The notes: generated from the sequence alone by a model not told the origin. Counted from the first letter of the whole stretch, positions 24,590 to 38,000 are shown. The stretch is DNA of 63,229 nt, filler included, from Octopus bimaculoides (GCF_001194135.2; 7 parts of 6 records of this genome joined end to end with filler, not necessarily neighbours in it); one strand, 5' to 3'. Numbers and translations are program-made.

Positions 24590-25584
24590 GCCACTCACAC
24601 ATACTCAAATACTCACCCACACACTGACTTATACACACATACACATGGGATGAGAGCAAACTTTGGTCATTGGTCTACTCGACCAAGCCTGACCTAGGGT
24701 TAAAATAGCAACAAGCAAGAACAACAAATGCACTGATTCCTGACCACCACCCACATACATATTCTTGTAGGTGAAGGATAGGTTCCTGCAAAGTAGAAGG
24801 TAACAAATGTTATGAGGATTTAGAACTGACCAATGAATCACCTATTCGTTCTAGTGAGTAGCCCCAGTGGGAGGCCTTTGAAAATCATGTTCTCACTGAC
24901 AAGAGGGTCCCAGTCAAGATCTGAAAATAGGGTGCTAGGTATAGGATTAGGTGCCAATTGATCGGGCAATAGCCAGAGTTATTGCCTTTAGACCTGGCCA
25001 CTTGCACAGTATCTGGGGCCAGGTCTCCACTCGGCAACCCCTTTTCCATCAATGCTTTTTGTGGCAATGAATCATGTGTCAATGAGGGAACTTCTACCTG
25101 ATTGTCCTACCTGTCAGTAATAACCCTTTCTTCTATAGGCAACAGGCCTGAAATTTTCAGGGAAAGGGGCTAGTTAGTTACATCAATCCCGAGTACTCAA
25201 CTGGTACTTATTTTAGGCAAAGCCAACCCCAGTGGCTTTTTGTCTCTGAATGTAATCATAGCTGAAATACTGCTAAGCATTTTGCCCTGTGTGCTAACAA
25301 TTCAGCCTGCTTGCTGCCTTCAACCTGTTAGTAATAATAGCCAAATCTCCCTCAAATTACACCCAACCACTTTTTAGCCCTTTCATTTCCATAGTTCTGT
25401 TGAAATACCCTGCCTTTGTTTCAATTAATTTTTAAAATAATGAAGAATGAATTTAGTAAAATAACTTTGTCATTATTAAGCTAGTGTTTGCAATATAAAT
25501 TAACATGAAATTTTGATGGAAGATTTTAATTCAGGTCACTTGAATTCTATTGGTCTCATTTACCGAACCACTAAGCTACAAGAA

Positions 25585-25808
25585 CATAAGCCATTATTGG
25601 TTGTCAAGCAGTGGTGAGGGACAAACAGAGACAGACACTAACACACTTACACACACGCATGCACATGCACGCACACATGATGGGCTCCTTTCAGTTTCTC
25701 CCACAAAGCTTTTGTAGGCTCTAGGCTATAGTAGAAGAAACTTGCTCAAGTGAGACTGAACTCGGAACCATGTGACAAGTTTCTTACCACACAGCTACAC
25801 CTGTGCCT
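25585..25808 (-). mobile_element. SINE family 1, degenerate copy
   Basis: Reverse complement of the family 1 head and body. Confidence 0.7.
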
Positions 25809-26504
25809 ACGTGAATACTTTGTTGTGAGTTGTTGTTGTAAATGAGCAAGAACAAGCTGAGGCAGAATGTAGGTTGTAGTGGTGTTGGCGACGGCGGTGG
25901 TGTCCGTGATGTTGTTGGCATCATTGGGTTTTTTTTAAGGATGGTGCCATTGGCTGTTACTGTGGTGGTAGCTGTGACAATGATGATGACGACGATGATG
26001 AGGATGATGGTGGACATGGCTGTAGTGACAGAGACAGCTGTGGTGGCAGTAGTTCGTTGACCAGGGCAATTGCGAGATGAGACAAAAAGCCACTGGGGTT
26101 GGCTTTGCCTAAAATAAGTACCAGTTGAGTACTCGGGATTGATGTAACTAACTAGCCCCTTTCCCTGAAAATTTCAGGCCTGTTGCCTATAGAAGAAAGG
26201 GTTATTACTGACAGGTAGGACAATCAGGTAGAAGTTCCCTCATTGACACATGATTCATTGCCACAAAAAGCATTGATGGAAAAGGGGTTGCCGAGTGGAG
26301 ACCTGGCCCCNNNNNNNNNNNNNNNNNNNNNNNNNNNNNNNNNNNNNNNNNNNNTTAATTAATTAANNNNNNNNNNNNNNNNNNNNNNNNNNNNNNNNNN
26401 NNNNNNNNNNGTGGTGGTGGTGGTGGTGGTGGTGGTGGTGGTTTTGGTTTGTGGTGGTAGTAGTAGTAGTAGTAGTAGTAATAGTGGTTTGTGGTGCAAA
26501 ATAA

Positions 26505-26535
<31 letters not shown>

Positions 26536-27748
26536 TTTTTTCTTTCATTATTCTAATATCGTTACCAGTATCAACAGTATCTGACTGTTCCAGTTGTAGT
26601 GCTTAGCAAACAAGTGTATGAATTAAAAAGGAGAATACAAACTAACAATGCTGTCATTTAAATTCCTGTATTTCTAATTAGCTTTTATTTTGTTATTTTT
26701 GTTGTTGTTGATCAATTCATTGGAGAATCAGTAAAAATAATGTCTGACAGATAAATGGTTTTCTGCGAACAGTAAGTGGTATCAAGAGTAGTTTGTGATA
26801 TTTTACTGATAAATATTGATTTCCAGTGAGTCAGATATGATATCAATCATAATCAATAGAGAAACTTGAAGCCAATTTTTATATTTATTGGAAACAATCA
26901 GTCGTATTTAGAGTGCACAATCTGGCTTTTAGATTTCCTGCATGATTTTGTTTTTTTGTTCATTGTTGTTGTTGGTGTTGTTTTTTGTTGTATATAAATT
27001 TAAGATGAATAAGCCACATGCAATCACATACAATCCATATNNNNNNNNNNNNNNNNNNNNNNNNNNNNNNNNNNNNNNNNNNNNNNNNNNNNNNNNNNNN
27101 NNNNNNNNNNNNNNNNNNNNNNNNNNNNNNNNNNNNNNNNNNNNNNNNNNNNNNNNNNNNNNNNNNNNNNNNNNNNNNNNNNNNNNNNNNNNNNNNNNNN
27201 NNNNNNNNNNNNNNNNNNNNNNNNNNNNNNNNNNNNNNNNNNNNNNNNNNNNNNNNNNNNNNNNNNNNNNNNNNNNNNNNNNNNNNNNNNNNNNNNNNNN
27301 NNNNNNNNNNNNNNNNNNNNNNNNNNNNNNNNNNNNNNNNNNNNNNNNNNNNNNNNNNNNNNNNNNNNNNNNNNNNNNNNNNNNNNNNNNNNNNNNNNNN
27401 NNNNNNNNNNNNNNNNNNNNNNNNNNNNNNNNNNNNNNNNNNNNNNNNNNNNNNNNNNNNNNNNNNNNNNNNNNNNNNNNNNNNNNNNNNNNNNNNNNNN
27501 NNNNNNNNNNNNNNNNNNNNNNNNNNNNNNNNNNNNNNNNNNNNNNNNNNNNNNNNNNNNNNNNNNNNNNNNNNNNNNNNNNNNNNNNNNNNNNNNNNNN
27601 NNNNNNNNNNNNNNNNNNNNNNNNNNNNNNNNNNNNNNNNNNNNNNNNNNNNNNNNNNNNNNNNNNNNNNNNNNNNNNNNNNNNNNNNNNNNNNNNNNNN
27701 NNNNNNNNNNNNNNNNNNNNNNNNNNNNNNNNNNNNNNNNNNNNNNNN

Positions 27749-27791
<43 letters not shown>

Positions 27792-28329
27792 CATATGCAT
27801 AACTATATAAGAATATACGTATGTATATACGTATGTATGTGTATAAACACACACATTGCATTTGTGATACATACAAACATATGCACATGTCTGCATGTAT
27901 ATATAAGCATACACACTCACACGTTACATGTGCAATACATACGCATACTACACATGTGTATGTATACATGTATATTAAAAGATATATGCGTATTAACATT
28001 TATATGTAGCGTAATGCATTAATTCTATTCCATCTACTCGCTCCACCACACACACACACAAATACATACACATACGCCCACTTTCAGATATATTATTATA
28101 CTTATATATGCACACACACACACACACATATATATACATATATACATATATTCAACATATATTCATAAATATTTATGCAATACATGCACTCATGTATGTC
28201 TTATCTTATATCTTTTACTTGTTAGTCATCAGATTGCGGTCATGATGGAGCACCAATTTGAAGAATTTCAGTCGAACGAATCGACCCCAGTACTTGTATT
28301 TTTGAAAGCCAGGTACTTATTCTATCGGA

Positions 28330-28600
28330 CTCTGTAATGAACTGTTAGGTTACGGGGGCGTAAACGCGCCAACACCGGTTGTCAAGCAGTGATGGGTGAG
28401 GAAACACAGATGCAAACACACACACACACACTCACCCCCCACTTACCCCCACACATATATGGGATGGCCTTCTTTCCGTTTCCCTCTACCACATCCACTT
28501 ACAAGGCTTTAATTGGTCTGAGGCTGTAGTAGGAAACACTTGCCCAAGACGCCACAGAAACATATGGTTGGGAAACACACTTCTTACAACATAGCCACGC
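28330..28600 (-). mobile_element. SINE family 1, degenerate copy
   Basis: Reverse-complement match to the family 1 body (ttacgggggcgtaaac..cacttgcccaagacgccac). Confidence 0.7.
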
Positions 28601-28663
28601 CTGCGCATATATTCATAAATATTTATGCAATACATGCATATATATATATATATATATATGTTT

Positions 28664-28712
<49 letters not shown>

Positions 28713-28999
28713 CATACATAATTACATACATGCATATATATAAAGTGTATCTTAGGCTTTTCTATTTACAAAGAATCAAATATAAATTGTCAGGATTCAA
28801 TACGTAGTCATTCATTTATTTCGGCTGATAACACTTTGGAGTGAGATTCAGTTTTGCCTCTGTTAAACATCCATATTGTAAGAAAAAAACTATTATTTGC
28901 TAGTTCGTATAAGTTGGAGTATATTATAGCTGTAGAGTAAAATCGAGTTAGAAATAAGTGAGACGTGTGTTATATTGGCTTCAAACTTTGGAACAATTC

Positions 29000-29415
29000 C
29001 AGCATGTTCGGGAGGTTAAGTCGATTACATCGACTCCAGTACTCAACTGGTACTTAAGTTATTGAACCCGAAAGGATTAAAGGCAAAGTCTACCCAGGCA
29101 GAACTTGAACTAAAAAAATAAATATGGACAAAATGTCGCTAAGCATTTTGTTCGGCGTGCTAACGATTCTGCCAGCTCGCCGCCTTAAAGAAGTTTTTTT
29201 TTTTGGTTTCAGATTCTGGCACAAGGTCAGTAACTTCGGGGCTGCGGTTAAGTCGATTATATGGACCACAGTGCTTAGCTGGTACTTATTTTATCGAACC
29301 CGAAATGATGAAAGGCAAAATGGAGGTCGATAGAATTAGAACTCATATCGTGAAGGCGGACGAAATGCCGCTCAGCATGTCCCCAGCGTGCCAACGCCTC
29401 TGCCAGCTCGCTGCT
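29000..29415 (-). mobile_element. Two tandem SINE family 2 copies
   Basis: Repeated gaacccgaaa..aaaggcaaa..gccagctcgc blocks. Confidence 0.75.
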
Positions 29416-29436
29416 TTTAGACCTTCATTACAATTA

Positions 29437-30724
29437 TTAGCTCGTCAAGTATGAAATTTGTAGTAAAGTAAAAAAGTTTACTAATGTTCTATAAATGCAA
29501 GGAATAGTTTTAGTCATCAAAGTATGCACCCATATTGTCAATACGCTTTTGCCATTTCAGCAGTAGCTTGTACAACCCGGAACTGTAAAAGCCTGGCAAG
29601 CAATAAAATCTTAAAAGGGCTGTCTTACAGCATCGTCGGAATTAAAATTTTTTCCTATCAAAATGTTATCCAAATTCTGGAAGAAGTGGTAATCAGTGGG
29701 GGCAAGATCAGGTGAGCTGTGTGAATGATGGAGAATTTCCAACTCCAATTTCTGTAGTTTCGCCAATGTCATTTTTGCGATGTGTGGTCTGGTGTTGTCT
29801 TGCAATAAAATAGGAGTGGATCTGTTGACTAATCTAAGCTGTTTTTTTTTTTTTATTTTTGCGAGTTTCTGCATCATTTCATCCAGTTCGTTGCAGCATA
29901 CTTCAGCCGTGATCGATGGGCCAGGTCTAATGAAATCATAATGGATCATACCTGCGCCAGACCACCAAACACGCCGTCAGCATCTTTTGATGATTTTGCT
30001 GTTTGGACTGTGTTTTGGTGGCTCGTCTTTGTCCAACCATTGTACTGAACGTTTACGGTTGTTGTATTGGATCCATTTCTCATCACATGTTACAATTCGA
30101 TTAAAAAATGATTCATTTTTGTGACGAGAAAGTAGCAGAATGCAGACTGCCAAACGTTGCTATTTCTGATTTGCATTGAGTTCATGTGGAACCCACTTAT
30201 CCAACTTTTTCAGTTTACCGATGTGAACTAAGTGAGTCAATACTGTTTGCTTGCTGACACCAAACAACACCAATAATTCACGAGCACTTTGCGATGGATC
30301 TGACTCGACAGTGGCTTTCAGTTCATCATTATCCAACTTTGTTTCTGATCGACCGCGTTGCACATTTGTGAGGTCAAAGTTACCAGAAAGAAATTTTGCA
30401 AACCATTTTGATAATGTATGCTGTGTAATAACTTTAGAATGAAATACTTCATTATTATTCCGAGCTGTCTGTGATGCTGTGTTTCCAAGAAAGAACTCAT
30501 ATTTCAAATCTGTACGGATTTCCGACTTATCCATCTTTAAACAAAAATAGCAAAAGACGATTTATTAATAATTTGTAAGGTGCAAAATGACTTAGAATAA
30601 GGAGATAGATATGTCAGCTTTCTAACAAAAAATGAAGATTGTCAAAATATAATAATGGCGCGAAATAAGCAGCTGTCAAAGTTTACCATATACTTTACTA
30701 TAAATTTCATACTTGGCGACCTAA
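29437..30724 (-). mobile_element. Full-length (1288 bp) mariner DNA transposon, inactive
   Basis: About 34-bp TIRs (29437-29470 and 30691-30724), TA on both flanks; transposase motifs WVPHEL, IVTCDEKW, LLQDNTRPH..SPDLAPTDYHFF. Confidence 0.95.
29510..30534 (-). pseudogene. Mariner DD34D transposase with frameshifts and stops
   Basis: ORF pieces 30160-30534 (HTH region) and 29611-29949 (catalytic region; 34 residues counted between the second and third Asp); C-terminus KWQKRIDNMGAYFDD* ends at 29510. Confidence 0.92.
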
Positions 30725-31733
30725 TACATATAGCTTTAAGGCAAGAAGCTGGCAGACTAGCTAGCACGCCGGACAACATATTTAGCAGTATTTCGTACGT
30801 CTTTACTTTCTGTGTTCAAATTCCTCCGACACCACTTTGCCCTTCATCATTTAGGAGTTGATTAACAGGTACCAGTTAAACACAGGGTCTATGTCATCGA
30901 ATAGCCACCACTTTCCCCCTAAATCCCAGGTGTTGTGCCTATATTAAAAAGGATATTATGAATAGGCCTGTCGTGTGTCTACCGGCTTATTAAACCAAAG
31001 TTTTCCGCGGTTTCCAAGGAGATGTTGTATAAACGACTGTTAGAAGGCGTTCCATTTCTCAGTGGAGTGGCAGTATGTCGGAAAGCTAAGCACCACTACC
31101 AACTACTGCTAGTACTCATAGTACTAGCTGCTGTTAGTACAGGAGCCTTATAGCTTATCTTTTCTTCAGTCATCGCACTGCAACCATGACGAATCGCTAA
31201 GTTACCGAAACGTAAACAAGCCGCGCGCACACACACACACGCTCTTACACACGTACATACACACATAAATATATGATGCATTTCCACACAGTTTCCACAT
31301 AAATTACCGAAACGTAAACAAGCGCACATACACACACATACATACTCACACACACATGCACACACTAACACATACATATATGATGCATTTATACATAGTT
31401 TCTGTCTGCCAAATTAACTTATAGGCAATGGTCAGCTCAGGGCTATAGTATAAGATACTTGTCCAAGTGCAGCGCGACTGAATTTAGTCCAAAACCTCAG
31501 GATTACAAACACCTTCTTAATCATACGGCCATACCTGCATGTACTAGAGCAACGGAAAATAAAATGTATTGCTCAAATTACCCGGCTGCCTGGAAATCGA
31601 AACAACGAACTCAGCATCGTCATTGTAAAATCTTAAATGTTTTGTTATGTGCCTTCATTGAAGCGTCTAGAATTATCTAATGGGAGTTATTATTTTTTTT
31701 AAATGTATTCATTTTATTCTTATTGAGAAACTA

Positions 31734-31961
31734 TTGGGTTGTCCGGAAAGTTCGTGCCGATTTATAGTAGCTTACCTTTCGATTTATTTGCCATGAAACC
31801 ACCTCAATTCTGGGAAGAGAGTATTTTCAAGTTAAAGGAAAGATGAAGACGCATTGTGCAACAGAATGGTTCATATTTGGTTGATTAAAAATGTAATGGC
31901 AAGTATTTATTAACCTTTTTCTTTCCTTTAAAAATCGGCATGAACTTTCCGGACAACCCAA
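31734..31961 (+). mobile_element. Mariner-derived MITE (228 bp) of a second family
   Basis: 30-bp TIRs with 1 mismatch, TA TSD; interior translates to a mariner-like C-terminus IFKLKER*RRIVQQNGSYLVD*. Confidence 0.9.
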
Positions 31962-32370
31962 TATATACATGTTTGAAGATAAAATCTGTAGATACATCTT
32001 TTATATATAACACAGTTAAAATTTAAAATACGTTTAGTTAAATTTCTTATACGTGGTAAAAAAATATTTACTGGAATGCGTGTTTGAGATAATCCTAATT
32101 CTTGCTGTAATAATGATTTATAAATTTGTCATATTGGATATTATTATTACTTTTAATAATTACATAAGGTTGTTTACCATAGTCTGTGAATAATTTATAC
32201 ATGTTATGTATAATCTTAAGTTCTGAGGTATAAATTATAATATAAGAGGGCAATAACTTAGGCTGCGCACATTTGCATATATGCATAAATAAATACATAC
32301 ATGCATACATATGTATATTCATCTACCTATATACGCGCACACATAATATAGGTATGTATGTGGAGGGGGT

Positions 32371-32421
<51 letters not shown>

Positions 32422-32570
32422 GGCAGATAGAAAATAAATTAATTAGATCTAAGTATTGGACTACATTGGAAGTGCGTGGCGTTGTGGTTTGGGAGCTGCG
32501 CATACGATCGTCACATTGCAGGTTCGATTCTGAACCGTGCTTATCGTTGTATACTTGAAGAAGGAATATT

Positions 32571-32776
32571 CTTTTCTACACTAGGCCCAACATTTTTGGA
32601 GAGGGGGCTAGTCGATTAAATCGACCCCATACGCAAATGGTACTTAATTTATCGACCCCGAAAGGATGAAAGGCAAAGTCGACCTCGGCAGATTTGGAAC
32701 TCAGAACGTAAAGACAAACGAAATACCGCTAAGCATTTCGCCCGGCGTGCTAACGTTTCTGCCAGCTCGCCGCCTT
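32571..32776 (-). mobile_element. SINE family 2 nested in an older SINE, 16-bp TSD
   Basis: TTGAAGAAGGAATATT exact at 32555-32570 and 32777-32792; full head GGCGGCGAGCTGGCAGAAACGTTAGC. Confidence 0.92.
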
Positions 32777-33296
32777 TTGAAGAAGGAATATTATTTCACG
32801 TTGCATCAGGCCATTCAACAGAACTGGTGATTCTTTCTGGAATGTGTCTTATGCGCTCAGTCGCTTAAAGGCAACAGAAAACGGTTCTAGTGGATATGAA
32901 ATATACTTAATTTTATCTAGGGGATTATAGTTAATGTGTATTTAATGTAATATTTGGGAAATGATAATTTATGCTTTTAAATTTTGACAGGAAGCCAGCC
33001 AGCAGTTTTGAGAAGGGAAATGGCTAATCGGTTACATCGATTCCAGTACTTTACTGGTACTTTATTTTATCGACTCCGAAAGGGTGAAAAGTGAAATTAT
33101 CAAAGTAGATCGACGCTTCCTAACCTATTGAACTATAGACCATAACATTTTCCAGTGCAGTTATTTTCCAAGTGATTCGATATTGGGAAGTTCTTTTAAC
33201 AGAATCTTGTAGTTTCTTTAATCGAAGGCATTGGCGTAGTTAAAGTAGGATATCCGGATATCTGTGTTTGGGACTTATTGCACGTATACGAGTGAG

Positions 33297-33330
<34 letters not shown>

Positions 33331-35995
33331 TGTATGTACGTATGTATGTATGTATGCATGCATGTATGTATATATGTATGTATGTAAGTATGTATGTATG
33401 TGTGTATGTCTGTATGTATGTATGTATGTATGTATGTATGTATGTATTATACTAGACAAGTTATAGATAATGGTCACTATATATTTTCCTTTATTAGAGC
33501 AAATTTGGCTTACAGATGTTTCCAGTAGTAATTATAGGTACGTTACTGACAGGTTTACTCAATTGATCTATTGATCAAGTGATAAAAATTGAATGACCTA
33601 GAAAAGTTAATGCTACTTTAATACACACACATACACACACATACACACACACACACACACACATACACACACACACGCACACATATAAGAAACAGCTTTA
33701 GCGGTGGAACTCGAACTAGATAAAGCTACAAATAATAGCGAGTAGCAGATTGGGTTAAAAGACTCCTGGGATAGAAAATAATTCGAAAACTGGCTGCAGT
33801 CCGAGAAACCGCATCTTCTGTATACGTGACAAACATTCTAAAATTATGCCAATGAAACTATGGGAAACTTCTCCGTCCAGTGTAGAGGCTTTGTTCTCTC
33901 TCGTGAGAATTGTAAGGTGCATACATCACCAGAATTGAAGAGATATAAAATATCGTTTTAATGCTGAAGCTCGAAATAGATAAAGCTGTAAATTATAGCG
34001 TATAGAATATTGGAAGGAAAGAAGTTGAAGACTATTTTTTAATCTAATGTTCTACATATTATTATTGAATTCCAACGTCAAAAACAATTCTTTTCATATT
34101 TCTCGAAGTCTCTCAATTCATATGATGTAACCACACACAAGTAAGTGTGTGTGAGCGTGTGTGTGTGTGTGTGCGTGTGTTTGTGTGTGTGTTTGGTATG
34201 TGTATGTCCGCGTGTTTTATAGTTATGTACTTGGGTAATATTCACATACACACTGAATAAAAAAAACAACCTGCTCTCGTTGTTCTAATATCGAAGTTAT
34301 TATCAATATTGACTGTTAACTTCAGAGTTTCGCTCATACTAACTTCTCAAAACGCAGTTTGGTTTGATGAATTTTCCGTTATAATAATAAAAATAAACTT
34401 AGTCTGCTAAAATTACAAAATATATAATAGTAATAGGTATGAGATTTGTGATGTCGTAAAGTTTTCAAAGATTGCTGTCGCTGATAAACAGAAACACCTT
34501 GTAAATAGAACTTGTAAAATAAACCGACGAATAACGTGCAGAAGTGAGGAAGGAGTGAAAGACACGTAATTTTGATACTCTCTCAGGTAGGTCAAATTAT
34601 ATAGTGTCGTGTTTGGAAAATTTAGGTTTGTCTTGATGTAAGACTACAAATTCTATCGGTAATAGAAGCATGAGTATTTCTCAAACACATGCAACTTAAC
34701 ACATATACATATACATATACGTATACATATATATNNNNNNNNNNNNNNNNNNNNNNNNNNNNNNNNNNNNNNNNNNNNNNNNNNNNNNNNNNNNNNNNNN
34801 NNNNNNNNNNNNNNNNNNNNNNNNNNNNNNNNNNNNNNNNNNNNNNNNNNNNNNNNNNNNNNNNNNNNNNNNNNNNNNNNNNNNNNNNNNNNNNNNNNNN
34901 NNNNNNNNNNNNNNNNNNNNNNNNNNNNNNNNNNNNNNNNNNNNNNNNNNNNNNNNNNNNNNNNNNNNNNNNNNNNNNNNNNNNNNNNNNNNNNNNNNNN
35001 NNNNNNNNNNNNNNNNNNNNNNNNNNNNNNNNNNNNNNNNNNNNNNNNNNNNNNNNNNNNNNNNNNNNNNNNNNNNNNNNNNNNNNNNNNNNNNNNNNNN
35101 NNNNNNNNNNNNNNNNNNNNNNNNNNNNNNNNNNNNNNNNNNNNNNNNNNNNNNNNNNNNNNNNNNNNNNNNNNNNNNNNNNNNNNNNNNNNNNNNNNNN
35201 NNNNNNNNNNNNNNNNNNNNNNNNNNNNNNNNNNNNNNNNNNNNNNNNNNNNNNNNNNNNNNNNNNNNNNNNNNNNNNNNNNNNNNNNNNNNNNNNNNNN
35301 NNNNNNNNNNNNNNNNNNNNNNNNNNNNNNNNNNNNNNNNNNNNNNNNNNNNNNNNNNNNNNNNNNNNNNNNNNNNNNNNNNNNNNNNNNNNNNNNNNNN
35401 NNNNNNNNNNNNNNNNNNNNNNNNNNNNNNNNNNNNNNNNNNNNNNNNNNNNNNNNNNNNGAAGAATGTATGTATGTGTGTATGTATGTATGTATATATG
35501 TATGTATATATGTTTGTATGTCATACCCCCTCATTAAACTGACATTAAACTGCAAACGGTTGTGGGGCTCTGGTTGAGAACATCCAGTGATTTGAAAAGT
35601 GTGAAATCACTTCTTTACCGTTATTTTTCCCACCTCTACTCTGACCCGTAGTAGTAGCATCCATCAGAGTCCCAACTAACAAATGAGCAACGAGACATAG
35701 TAATACTCGGGTTAGAGTCAGACGGCGCAGTAAGCCCACGAGTGAGAGAAGAAACCAAAACAAGGTGCTACGCAGTGGAACTGAACTGAAAGGCATGTGA
35801 TTGAGGAATATGCCTCTAACATCACAGCCATGCCTACTCCTAAAATTAGCTTCTTACAACACACACACACACGTATATATGAATATATGATATATATGTG
35901 TAAGTGTGTGTGTGTATGTATGCGTATATATATATATTCGTTTATGCATATATATTTTTATGTGCATATACCTACACACACACACATATATGAAG

Positions 35996-35997
35996 AC

Positions 35998-36052
<55 letters not shown>
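35996..36052. repeat. (GATA)n microsatellite
   Basis: Pure tetranucleotide run. Confidence 0.95.
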
Positions 36053-36054
<2 letters not shown>

Positions 36055-36584
36055 TGTCATAAAATGGGGTATGTTTAACAAAGGTAACTACTATACAACT
36101 ATCATAAAATTATAGAATTTTCTCATTGTTCAGTTTGCAAATGTCTGCTTTGTATAGGACAAAAAATATGCCCTTAAACTATTACATTTAACTTTTACTT
36201 TCCTACAAGGTCAAGTCTATTGAGAGTTAGTAACTATATTCTGTATACTACAGAGTGTAAGGAAGAAAATTAGAGAAAGACTCTTAGATATTATTCATAG
36301 AGTATGCAAGAAAGGAGACCAACGATTTGGGGTTTTACCCTATTTCCTACTTACTTAGCCAAAGGAACATACTCGTGAATACATTGGAAATATATTGATT
36401 GCCTGCGGTTAAAAAGCATCATCATCGTTACAACTCTTAGCATCATCCTCATCATCATCATTCATGTTATTATTATTGTGGTTGTTGTTGTTGTTGCTGT
36501 TGTTATTATTATCATTATTTTTATTATTATTATTATTATTTTTATTATCATTATTATTATTATTATTATTATTTTCCGATTGAA

Positions 36585-37385
36585 TTGCATTTTGTTTCGT
36601 CTTTCGATCAGGTTTCAACGAGAGACCTAAGGCAGATATATGTTAGATGGAGAGAAACTTTCTGAGAATATGGGCGGTTGATGTCAACACAATTTTTTGA
36701 GTCTCATAGATTGTTGGTTTCCTAGGGTTCTGGTCAAGAGATTTGTCACTACCTTTCTTGGTCACTCCCGGGGCACCTACAACAACAGGGATGGTTTTGG
36801 TTTTTAATTAGTACATCTTAAATATCTCAATTTCAAGGTCTTTTTATTTCGACAGTTTTTCAAATTCCTTTGCAAAGATGTTTCTCTCAGCAGGTACTGT
36901 CAAATCAATTAACATATCAATTAACAATAATGTTTTATGTTTTAGGTCTTTGATGACTATATCTGGTTTATTACGTCTCTATCTATCTCATAATCCCATA
37001 TAATGGTAACATTATCCACTCATTGACTAGCTCTGGATGGTGTCCATACCAATTATTAGGGTACTGGACACTGTATTGACGACATATTATCCGGTGCAAG
37101 TATTGGCCGTCTCGATTATGCCTGGTTTTATATTCTGTAGGACTGAACAACCGACATCAATGTGCTCAATACTCCCAAGTTTGTCATTTCCGAGTCTACA
37201 CCTTGTGTCTCTTCCTCATTGTGTGAGACATTAGCTAGACAGTTCCGTGGCAGGAAACTCTGGTCTTGTGCTGCTAGGATGAATGCTTCTGTTTCGGCTT
37301 TCACACCAACAGTTTGCAGCCACTAATAGGTTCTTCTAACATCTTCAGATATTACATTCAAGCTTTCCTGTTTAGCTTTTGTGTC
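36585..37385 (-). mobile_element. R4/Dong-type (RLE) non-LTR retrotransposon 3' fragment, older
   Basis: Minus translation WLQTVGVKAETEAFILAAQDQS..CRL.....SIEHIDVGCSVL..NKPDIVIKDLKHKTLLLID..KIVLTSTAHILRKFLSI*, followed by a (TAA)n tail. Confidence 0.85.
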
Positions 37386-37389
37386 ATAC

Positions 37390-37457
<68 letters not shown>

Positions 37458-38000
37458 TTATGTTTGACTTTTGCTTTGCATTTGTACAAGTTGGCTCCAA
37501 GTTTCACCCAGAGACCTCAAGAGACAACAAGTTAGAAGTTCATGTTGGTGTTATGTCTAGGGTGCGATATATTTGGTTTTGTACATAGTGTTGTTCTAGA
37601 GAATGTTTAAGACACCATAAGAAAATTATGTGTTTGTTTTAAAATTTCAGATTGCATAGACAGTATTTTACGTAGGATATGGACAGTTCCTATGAGCACT
37701 ATCTTTTAAATTTCTGCCATTTTGGGATTTCCTGGTATCTGAGCTAGGTAGCAATCAGCCCCTTTTGCTATCATTACTAGGGCACCTATGACAACAGGCA
37801 TTGTTTAATCTTCAGGTTCCACATTTTGCTAATTGCTATTTCAAGATCTTTATACTTGACACATACGTTTATATCGATTGGGACAGTCATATCAATGAGG
37901 AGACATGATTTTTGTCTGAAGTCTTTCAATATGATGCCTGGCCTATTTACATCTATCTTTCTGTCAGTTTGAATGGTGAAGTTCCAGAGGAGTGAGATGT

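Noticed and set aside
29510-30534. Domesticated SETMAR-like gene
   Set aside because: Frameshifts and stops, TIRs and TSDs still present, no SET domain.
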